Shown: one piece after another, positions 25,758 through 32,188 of the stretch
Numbering within the stretch: the first letter of the stretch is position 1
Layout of the letters: the number at the start of each line of letters is the position of its first letter
NCBI GenBank assembly: GCA_040005975.1
Contig: JBDTXW010000001.1
Coordinates: 1-32,188 of the forward strand
From: Betaproteobacteria bacterium
GTDB lineage: Bacteria > Pseudomonadota > Gammaproteobacteria > Burkholderiales > Casimicrobiaceae
Length of the DNA stretch: 32,188 nt
Direction: 5' to 3'
Notes under the pieces: generated by a model
The model's database searches: none
Told to the model about the DNA's origin: nothing
The model's input: the letters and a program-made list of their open reading frames with translations, nothing else
Translations under genes and position numbers: made by a program

Positions 25758-27119
25758 TCAGGCTTTCTCGGTCTTGTCGAGAACCGGCTGGAACTCGGCG
25801 GTCGCCCGTTTCAGCTCGGAAGCGGGGTCGGCGCCGTTGATCATGTTGGTCAGCGCGATGCCGAACGTGTCGCGGAACTCGGTCACCGCAGCGATCACCG
25901 GCAAACCAGGTTGCGCGATCTTGGCCGACGCCAGCATGCACTCCACCCACTGCTTCGGCGACTTGAAATCGCTCGACGACTGTGCCGCCGCATAAGCGGA
26001 CGTGCGCACTGGCGCGCCGGCGGCAGCCTGTAGCATGCGCGTCTGGTTGGCCTTGTTCGATGCCCATTGCAGATAGAACCAGGCCGGGCCTTTTTTCTTG
26101 CTGTAGGCCGAAATCCCCTCGCCGTCGGCGAATAGCGCCGAGACCTGCTGCTTCGGGCCGGCGGGCATCACGCCATAGCCGACCTTGCCGACGATCTTCG
26201 ATTTGGTCGGATCCTCGAGCGGTTGCGCGAAGCCGATGCCATCGAGCCACATCGCGGCCTTGCCCTGCAGAAACAGGCTCTGCGCCTCGTTCCAGTTGTA
26301 GCCGGCGACACCCTGCGGGCCGTACTTGGCGAGCATCGTCTGATACATCTTGGCCGATTCGATGGCCTCGGTCGTGTCGGTGAGCAGCTTTCCGTTCTTG
26401 TCGATGAAGCCGCCGCCGTAGCCAAGAAGGAAACTCGTCCATACCGGCACGTTGGCATTCTTCAACCCGCGCCCGACAAAACCCGAGACGCCCTTGGCGG
26501 GATCGTTGAGCTTGGCGGCGGCGTCGATCATTTGCGCGAACGTCTTCGGGAACGCGACGCCCTTGGCGTCGAACAGCTCCTTGTTGTAATAGACGACCCA
26601 GGGATCGAGGTTCAGCGGCAGGCTCATCACCCGGCCGTCCGATTCGACGGCGTAATTGAGCCCGCCCTGCGCGAAGTCGGCGAAGTCGAGATTCGGGTCC
26701 GCCAGCGAACGGTCGTTGATCATCGGCCGCAGATCGGTCAGCCAGTTGTTCTTGGCGAACTGGCGCTTTTGCACGTGATATGAAAGCGCGATCACGTCGA
26801 AGCTCGGATTGCCGGAGTTGAATTCGATGACGGCTTTTTGCCGCTGCTGCTGCTCGGGGACCATTTCCGAGCCGACAGCGATGCCGGTCATGTCCTCGAA
26901 TTCCTTGTGGTACTTCGAGAGCAAGTCGCCGCGCGGGCTCTTGACCAGCAGCACCTCGATCTTTTCGCCGTTGAATCGCTTCCAGTTGAATGCGCCCTGC
27001 GCCTGCGCACCGAGCAGCGAGGCGCCGGGTATCGCGCCCAGCGCCGCAACGCCTGTGCCGGCTTGCAGCAGCCGGCGCCGCAAGGCGTCGGTGCGATCAT
27101 CGCGGATAGGGTGAGTCAT
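25758..27119 (-). CDS. ABC transporter extracellular solute-binding protein (family 1, sugar type) with a Tat-type signal, 453 aa
   Basis: The N-terminus DALRRRLLQAGTGVAALGAIPGASLLGAQAQG carries a twin-arginine signal. Its size and composition fit family-1 sugar SBPs. A strong Shine-Dalgarno GGAGGAGG lies 6 nt upstream of the ATG, and the gene is followed by two CUT1 permeases. Confidence 0.85.
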   Translation of the reverse strand: MTHPIRDDRTDALRRRLLQAGTGVAALGAIPGASLLGAQAQGAFNWKRFNGEKIEVLLVKSPRGDLLSKYHKEFEDMTGIAVGSEMVPEQQQRQKAVIEFNSGNPSFDVIALSYHVQKRQFAKNNWLTDLRPMINDRSLADPNLDFADFAQGGLNYAVESDGRVMSLPLNLDPWVVYYNKELFDAKGVAFPKTFAQMIDAAAKLNDPAKGVSGFVGRGLKNANVPVWTSFLLGYGGGFIDKNGKLLTDTTEAIESAKMYQTMLAKYGPQGVAGYNWNEAQSLFLQGKAAMWLDGIGFAQPLEDPTKSKIVGKVGYGVMPAGPKQQVSALFADGEGISAYSKKKGPAWFYLQWASNKANQTRMLQAAAGAPVRTSAYAAAQSSSDFKSPKQWVECMLASAKIAQPGLPVIAAVTEFRDTFGIALTNMINGADPASELKRATAEFQPVLDKTEKA

Positions 27120-27150
27120 CGTAGTCCTCCTCCGGTGGCGTTATGTGACG

Positions 27151-27206
27151 ATGATCGGAGCAGCGCGGCGCCACCACCATCGCGCCGCAAGCACGGCTCC
27201 GATCAT
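27151..27206. repeat. Perfect 11-bp inverted repeat (ATGATCGGAGC ... GCTCCGATCAT) with a 34-nt GC-rich spacer that itself contains a 6-7 bp inner stem
   Basis: I read it directly from the sequence. The left arm is 27151-27161 and the right arm 27196-27206. The inner pairing is GCGGCG/CGCCGC. It lies in the 104-nt gap between the RraA-family gene and the SBP gene. Confidence 0.7.
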
Positions 27207-27223
27207 ACCCGACGGCGCGCTGC

Positions 27224-27934
27224 CTAGTGGATGACATCGAGCCCGGAAAAGACCTCGATCAAGCGTTCGGCGCTGCAGCCCGGTGCACGGGCCACTTCCA
27301 GAATTCTCGCCTCGCGTTCCGCAACCTGTTGCGCCGCTGCGGGCAATCCGGCCACCGCACCGGCCGGCACGATGACCGCGCCGTGCCTGTCGGCGTGAAC
27401 GATCTCGCCCGATCGGACCCGCATGCCCAGGACGTCGATCACGCCGCCGAACTCGACGACGTGGGCGTACGCGTGCGACGGGCCAATGCTGCCGGCCAGG
27501 AACTGGAAGCCTTGCGCCCATTGATCGATGTCGCGCACCGAGCCGTTGGTCACGAGCCCCAACGCGCCCAGCCCGCGATGGATAGCCGACTGCACCTCGC
27601 CCCAGAACGCCCCGTAGCCTGCATCGGGACCGTCGAGGTCTTCGATCAGGACCACCGATGGCTTGCGTCCGGCATCGATGTAACGGTAGTAGTCGTGACG
27701 CAATCGGTGGAGCTCTTCGGCGGATTGCTGCGGCGCCTGCTTCGCCCGGATGCGGCCGGTGCGCGCGAACCCCACGATCGGTCGCATTGCCGGAAAGCCG
27801 CAATGCGCGGGCCTCGTCGTGTAGCCCCGCGCCCGGGTCGCCGGCAACAGGACTTCGAGGGCGTTGCATATCGTCGGCGTATCGAATGCCGCCAGCGCGG
27901 CGATCGCGTCGGCGTCAGGCTCGATGGTGCTCAC
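27224..27934 (-). CDS. RraA-family protein (RraA / 4-hydroxy-4-methyl-2-oxoglutarate aldolase / oxaloacetate decarboxylase-like fold), 236 aa, GTG start
   Basis: It shows family-typical stretches (FDTPTICNAL, GAFWGEVQSAIHRGLGALGLVTNGSVRDID, SGEIVHADRHGAVIVP). The Shine-Dalgarno GAAGGAGG lies 6 nt upstream of the GTG and overlaps the stop of the upstream gene. Confidence 0.8.
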   Translation of the reverse strand: MSTIEPDADAIAALAAFDTPTICNALEVLLPATRARGYTTRPAHCGFPAMRPIVGFARTGRIRAKQAPQQSAEELHRLRHDYYRYIDAGRKPSVVLIEDLDGPDAGYGAFWGEVQSAIHRGLGALGLVTNGSVRDIDQWAQGFQFLAGSIGPSHAYAHVVEFGGVIDVLGMRVRSGEIVHADRHGAVIVPAGAVAGLPAAAQQVAEREARILEVARAPGCSAERLIEVFSGLDVIH

Positions 27935-27946
27935 TTGGGGCCTCCT

Positions 27947-28870
27947 TCAGCTTTGTCTGGCGGCATCGCGCGCGGCAATGATCCCAGTTCCGGCGACAGC
28001 CTGATGCAGCGCGCGGGCATCGGCGGTCGACAGTGGCAGCAGCGGGGCGCGCAACGCCCGCCAGCTTGCATCGCCGGTAAGTTCGGCCTGCAAGGATTTG
28101 AGCGCACCGAAAATCGGAAACGGCGCGATTGCCGCGAGGAAGCGCTCGATCAGCGTCAGCTCGTCGCCCGAATTCGGCTCGAGCGAGCGATCATAGAGCT
28201 GCCGCAGCAGGCCCGGATAGAGGTTGGCGATGCCGCAGATCGTGCCCGCGCCGCCAAGCTTGCGCAGCGCCGGCAGGTGCGGCTCGTGTCCGACGAAAAT
28301 CGACAAGCGAGGAAGCGCGGCCACCAGTGCGCGAGAATTGTCGAAATTGCCGGAGCTATCCTTGACGCCGGCGACGATAACCGGATACGCGGCGGCGAGC
28401 CGCGACAGCATCGGCACCGATACACCGACGCCGCTGACCTGCGGGATATGGTAGAGGTACAGGCGCAGCCGATCGTCGGCGACGTCATCGATCAACTTCG
28501 CGTACGCCGCGTATATCCCTTCATCGCTGACATCCTTGAAGAAGAACGGTGGCAGCACCAGCGCGCCCGCACATCCGGCGGAAACCGCGTGCCGCGTGAG
28601 CTCGATCGCGTCCGGCAGCGCGGCGCACCCGGTCGCGGCCAGGATGCGCTGCGGCGCGACGCCGGCCGCGAGCAGCGCCTCGAGGCCTGCCCGCCGCTCG
28701 GCGACCGAGAACGATTGGCCTTCGCCGGTCGTACCGAATGGGGCGATGCCGTCGATGCCGGCCGCGAACAGGCGCTGCGCATGCGACGCGAGCCGCGCCG
28801 CGTCGAGTGCGCCCAGCGCATCGAGCGGACTCAAGGTCGCGCACCAGAGGCCTTGCAGCCGCGGATTCAT
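27947..28870 (-). CDS. DHDPS/N-acetylneuraminate-lyase family protein (class I aldolase or 2-keto-3-deoxy-acid dehydratase type), 307 aa from ATG 28870
   Basis: The motifs are FGTTGEGQS, YLYHIPQVSG (YxxP) and the Schiff-base lysine context VAGVKDSSG. The 689-aa track ORF is an artefactual upstream extension that overlaps the opposite-strand AKR gene. Confidence 0.85.
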   Translation of the reverse strand: MNPRLQGLWCATLSPLDALGALDAARLASHAQRLFAAGIDGIAPFGTTGEGQSFSVAERRAGLEALLAAGVAPQRILAATGCAALPDAIELTRHAVSAGCAGALVLPPFFFKDVSDEGIYAAYAKLIDDVADDRLRLYLYHIPQVSGVGVSVPMLSRLAAAYPVIVAGVKDSSGNFDNSRALVAALPRLSIFVGHEPHLPALRKLGGAGTICGIANLYPGLLRQLYDRSLEPNSGDELTLIERFLAAIAPFPIFGALKSLQAELTGDASWRALRAPLLPLSTADARALHQAVAGTGIIAARDAARQS

Positions 28871-28978
28871 TCGTTGCAATGTCTTCCTGTGCTTTTGCAC
28901 TTCGGCCCCGATGCGGGGAACATGGCAGTCGCGCCGCGTCCGCATTTGTGACGGAGCGGGCTGCCGACGGCGTCGACA

Positions 28979-29998
28979 ATGAATTCTAGTCTCAGACAGC
29001 GGTTGTACGCCAACGCCCCGGGTTTCGGCGGCGCGCCGCTGGGCAACCTGTTCCACGCCGTCGCGGAAGATGATGCGATCGCGCTGGTGCGGCATGCGCA
29101 CGCCGTCGGCGTTCGCTATTTCGACACGGCGCCGCATTACGGCAACGGCCTGTCGGAGATCCGGATCGGCAAGGCACTCCGCGGTATCGCAAGAGACAAT
29201 TACCTGCTGTCGTCGAAGATCGGCAGGATTCTCGTAGCCGACCGCGCCGCGCCGCGCGAGCAGAATGGCTATGTCGGCGTGCTGCCGTACCGGCAGCGCT
29301 GGGACTATTCGCGCCGGGGCACGCTGCGCTCGATCGAGGACAGCCTGCAGCGCCTTGGCGTATCCCGACTCGATATCGTCTACATTCACGACATCGATCG
29401 CAATACGCACGGCACCGCGTATGCGCAGTGCTTCGAGGACGTAGTGGCCGAAGCGATCCCGGCGCTGGCCGAAATGCGAGAAGCCGGTCTGATCGGCGGC
29501 TTCGGGCTCGGCGTCAACGATATACGTGTCTGCGTCGACGTGCTGGCGCGGGTCGATCTGGACATTCTGCTGCTGGCGGGCCGCTATACGCTGCTTGACC
29601 AGACTGCGCTCTCCGAGCTCTTGCCGCTCTGCGTGCGGCGCGACGTCGCGATCGTCATCGGCGGCCCGTACAACTCCGGCATCCTCGCCACCGGCGCACA
29701 TCCGGCCGATGGCACCGTACCCTATTTCAACTACGCGCCGGCGCCGGCCGAGCTGGTCGCACGTGTTGCCGCGATCGAAGCCGTCTGCGCCGAGTTCGAC
29801 GTGCCGCTGCGCGCGGCCGCGCTGCAGTTTCCGCGTGCGCATCCGGCCGTCATCAGCGTCGTTGCCGGCGCACGGACGATCGAGGAATTGGACCAGAACC
29901 TCGAGCTCGCCGCCCGTACTGTGCCAGTGGCGTTCTGGCAGGCACTGCGCGATCGTGGGCTGATCGCGCCAGACGCGCCGCTTCCGCATAGCAATTGA
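28979..29998 (+). CDS. Aldo/keto reductase, aldose 1-dehydrogenase-like (D-threo-aldose / L-fucose dehydrogenase type), 339 aa
   Basis: The AKR motifs are GFGGAPLGN, YFDTAPHYGNGLSE (catalytic Asp/Tyr region) and LSSKIG (Lys). Its length and pattern resemble the AKR-type D-threo-aldose 1-dehydrogenases, but the substrate call is an inference. Confidence 0.82.
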   Translation: MNSSLRQRLYANAPGFGGAPLGNLFHAVAEDDAIALVRHAHAVGVRYFDTAPHYGNGLSEIRIGKALRGIARDNYLLSSKIGRILVADRAAPREQNGYVGVLPYRQRWDYSRRGTLRSIEDSLQRLGVSRLDIVYIHDIDRNTHGTAYAQCFEDVVAEAIPALAEMREAGLIGGFGLGVNDIRVCVDVLARVDLDILLLAGRYTLLDQTALSELLPLCVRRDVAIVIGGPYNSGILATGAHPADGTVPYFNYAPAPAELVARVAAIEAVCAEFDVPLRAAALQFPRAHPAVISVVAGARTIEELDQNLELAARTVPVAFWQALRDRGLIAPDAPLPHSN

Positions 29999-30840
29999 TG
30001 ATGCGGGTCGACGCACACCATCACGTCTGGCGGCTCGACCGTGGCGATTACGGCTGGCTCAAGGGGACAAAAGGACTGCTGCCGATCTGTCGCGACTTCG
30101 GCCTCGACGAGTTGAAGCCCATGCTGCTCGCCGCAAACGTCGACACCACCGTGCTCGTACAGGCGGCACCGACACTCGCCGAGACGCACTTCCTGCTCGA
30201 CGTCGCGCGCGACAGCGGGGGCCTGGTGGGCGGCGTCGTCGGCTGGGTCGATCTGGCCGGTGGCGACGCGATCGGCGTGCTGAGCGCGCTCGCCACCGAT
30301 CCGCTGCTCAAAAGCGTGCGGCCGATGCTGCAGGACCTGCCCGATTCGTCCTGGATCGCGCGGCCCGAAGTGCAGCCGGCGCTGACCGCGCTGCCGGCGC
30401 TGGGCCTGCGCCTGGACGCGCTGGTGACGCCGCGGGAGCTCAAGCCTCTGCTCGCCACACTCGTGCGCCATCCCGACCTAGCGGTCGTCATCGATCATTG
30501 CGCCAAGCCCGACATCGCGCGCGGTGCGTGGCAACCCTGGGCCGACGACCTCGCGGCGATCGCGCGACGCACGGGCGCGTATTGCAAGCTCTCCGGCGTC
30601 GTCACCGAAGCCGGAGCTGGGTGGAGCGTCGAGGCACTCCGCCGCTACGTCGCGCATGTACTCGAAGCGTTCGGCACCGACCGGGTGCTCTGGGGCAGCG
30701 ACTGGCCGGTTCTCACGCTGGCGGCAAGCTACGCCGATTGGATCGGGGCCAGCGATGCGCTGCTTTCGGGGCTGACGGTCGCGGAGCGCGACGCCATCTA
30801 CGGCGGGAATGCGCGGCGTTTCTACACTCTACTGGTCTAG
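29998..30840 (+). CDS. Amidohydrolase_2 (COG3618-like) family protein, probable sugar lactonase, 280 aa (ATG 29998; the track lists TTG 29995)
   Basis: The start MRVDAHHHVW carries the HxH metal motif. The stretches VIDHCAKPD, CKLSGVVTEA and WGSDWPVLTLAASY match the pattern I recall for L-fucono-1,5-lactonase-type amidohydrolases. The start overlaps the AKR stop (TGATG). Confidence 0.78.
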   Translation: MMRVDAHHHVWRLDRGDYGWLKGTKGLLPICRDFGLDELKPMLLAANVDTTVLVQAAPTLAETHFLLDVARDSGGLVGGVVGWVDLAGGDAIGVLSALATDPLLKSVRPMLQDLPDSSWIARPEVQPALTALPALGLRLDALVTPRELKPLLATLVRHPDLAVVIDHCAKPDIARGAWQPWADDLAAIARRTGAYCKLSGVVTEAGAGWSVEALRRYVAHVLEAFGTDRVLWGSDWPVLTLAASYADWIGASDALLSGLTVAERDAIYGGNARRFYTLLV

Positions 30841-31661
30841 AAAATGTGCCGCTGCACGCCAGCCCGGTGCAGGATCGTCGTCGCGATCTCCTCGATCGAG
30901 CGGGCCGTCGTATCGAGCATCGCCACCCGCTCGCGCTGCATCAGGACTTCCGCCTGGTGAACCTCATAGCGGCAATTTTCCAGCGACGCGTACTTGCTCG
31001 CCGGCCGGCGCGCCTCGCGAATCTGCTGCAGGCGCTCGGGATCGATCGTCAGGCCAAACAGCTTGTCCCGGTACGGCAGGATCGACGCCGGCAGCTTCTT
31101 GTCGACAAAATCATCGGGCGTGAGCGGAAAATTCGCCGTGAGGATGCCGAATTGGAGCGCGAGATAGAGCGCAGTGGGCGTCTTGCCGCAGCGCGAGACG
31201 CCGATCAGGATCAGCTGCGCCTTGGCGAGATCGCGCGTCGTCGCGCCGTCGTCGTGCGCTTGCGTGAAATTGATCGCCTCCATCCGCGCAAAATACTCGA
31301 GGCTGTTGGCGATGCCGTGCGTACGCCCGGCCGCATGCGAAGACTTGACGCCGAGCTCGGACTCCAGCGGCGCGATGAAGACCTGGAAAAGATCGAGCAC
31401 CAGCGCATTGGCCCGGCCGAGCTGCGCGCTCATCGTATCGTCGACGATCGAACTGAACACCAGCGGGCGGCGGCCTTCCGCCGCGGCGTTCGCGTCGATC
31501 CGGCGCAGGATCTCGTCGATCTTTTCCGGTGTGTCGACGAAAGGAATCGTTTGCCGCAGGAAGCTCAAGCCTTCAAATTGCGACAGCAGGCTGTTGCCGA
31601 GCATTTCGGCGGTGATGCCGGTGCGGTCGGAAACGAAAAATACCGTACGCCGGTCGGGCAT
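30837..31661 (-). CDS. ppsR: PEP synthase regulatory protein PpsR (bifunctional kinase/pyrophosphorylase, DUF299), 274 aa from ATG 31661 (the track lists ATG 31679)
   Basis: The start is MPDRRTVFFVSDRTGITAEMLGNSLLSQF, the P-loop is LIGVSRCGKTPTALYLA, and the C-terminal IEEIATTILH is present. The shorter start avoids a 16-nt overlap with the upstream gene and matches the E. coli PpsR N-terminus. Confidence 0.88.
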   Translation of the reverse strand: MPDRRTVFFVSDRTGITAEMLGNSLLSQFEGLSFLRQTIPFVDTPEKIDEILRRIDANAAAEGRRPLVFSSIVDDTMSAQLGRANALVLDLFQVFIAPLESELGVKSSHAAGRTHGIANSLEYFARMEAINFTQAHDDGATTRDLAKAQLILIGVSRCGKTPTALYLALQFGILTANFPLTPDDFVDKKLPASILPYRDKLFGLTIDPERLQQIREARRPASKYASLENCRYEVHQAEVLMQRERVAMLDTTARSIEEIATTILHRAGVQRHIF

Positions 31662-31663
31662 CC

Positions 31664-32188
31664 CTACCAATCTTTCCATACCGCCGTCAGGCCTGCCGGC
31701 AGCGGCGGCATGTCGCCGAGATCGGCCCAGCCTTCGCCCGGTCCGTGATAGTCCGAGCCGCTCGACGCCAGCAAGCCGAAGCTTCGCGCGTGGCGTGCAT
31801 ATTCGGCAGTCTGCTCGAGCGTATGGCTGGGCGACACGACTTCGATCGCATCGCCGCCGGTCTCCCTGAACTCACCGAGCAGCTCGCGCATCGCCTGCGA
31901 GTCGACTTTGTAGCGTGCCGGATGCGCGAGCACCGCCTGGCCGCCGGCTTCGTGGATCCAGCCGATGGCCTCGGTCATCGTCGCCCACTCGTGCTCGACG
32001 TGGCCGGGCATGCCGGTGACCAGATAGCGCTTGAAGACTTCCTTGGTTTCGCGCGCGTGACCGGTCTCGACCAGAAAGCGCGCGAAATGCGTGCGGCTGA
32101 TCAGGCGCTCGCTCGTCACGTATTTCATCGCGCCTTCGTAGGCGCCCGGGATGCCCGCGGCCGCTAGCGAATCGGCAATGCGGCGTGC
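31664..32188 (-). CDS. PHP-domain phosphoesterase (TrpH/YciV-like), C-terminal part; the reading frame stays open to the window end
   Basis: The stretches AHPARY, GGDAIEVVSPSH and SSGSDYHGP are typical of the C-terminal half of TrpH/YciV-type PHP proteins. By my translation the frame upstream of the listed ATG (32128) has no stop up to position 32188. Confidence 0.7.
   Translation of the reverse strand, partial: ARRIADSLAAAGIPGAYEGAMKYVTSERLISRTHFARFLVETGHARETKEVFKRYLVTGMPGHVEHEWATMTEAIGWIHEAGGQAVLAHPARYKVDSQAMRELLGEFRETGGDAIEVVSPSHTLEQTAEYARHARSFGLLASSGSDYHGPGEGWADLGDMPPLPAGLTAVWKDW

Noticed and set aside
28871-30016. The 689-aa minus-strand ORF suggests a much larger protein fused to the DHDPS-family domain.
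   Set aside because: The N-terminal 380 residues are low-complexity Arg/Ala-rich sequence lying antisense to the well-supported AKR gene. The DHDPS-family homology begins at MNPRLQGLW (ATG 28870), which gives a canonical 307-aa protein.

Overview
The window is GC-rich (about two-thirds G+C by eye) and densely coding. It looks like proteobacterial chromosome, and the gene order (smc-zipA-ligA-galU-oxyR, then gltX, then pyrG-kdsA-eno-ftsB) is what I associate with Betaproteobacteria. I can support about 31 protein genes (two cut by the window edges), one tRNA-Val(CAC) with a terminator hairpin, one truncated gene remnant and one notable intergenic inverted repeat. I saw no rRNA, CRISPR array, transposase, integrase or phage genes.

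Most of the window is housekeeping. Two blocks stand out:
- 8817-15429 (+): a four-gene Anbu-type operon made of a circularly permuted ATP-grasp ligase, an alpha-E protein, a proteasome-beta-like Anbu peptidase and a 1098-aa transglutaminase/DUF2126-like protein. This gene neighbourhood has been predicted to be a peptide-ligation/proteolysis system, but its substrate and physiological role remain unknown. It is my best candidate for an uncharacterised system here. The essential gltX gene follows it after only 15 nt.
- 22002-30840: a sugar or sugar-acid uptake and oxidation cluster. One 8-gene minus-strand operon encodes a DHDPS-family protein, an RraA-family protein, a Tat-signal binding protein, two permeases, a 58-aa FucU/RbsD C-terminal remnant, ribokinase and an orphan secreted protein. 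It diverges from an aldo/keto reductase plus an amidohydrolase_2 lactonase-like gene. The cluster has no sugar-acid dehydratase, no ABC ATPase and no regulator.

All functional calls come from motif and family recognition by eye on the supplied translations. No database search was run. Start codons are often ambiguous because GTG/TTG starts and high GC produce long spurious upstream extensions.
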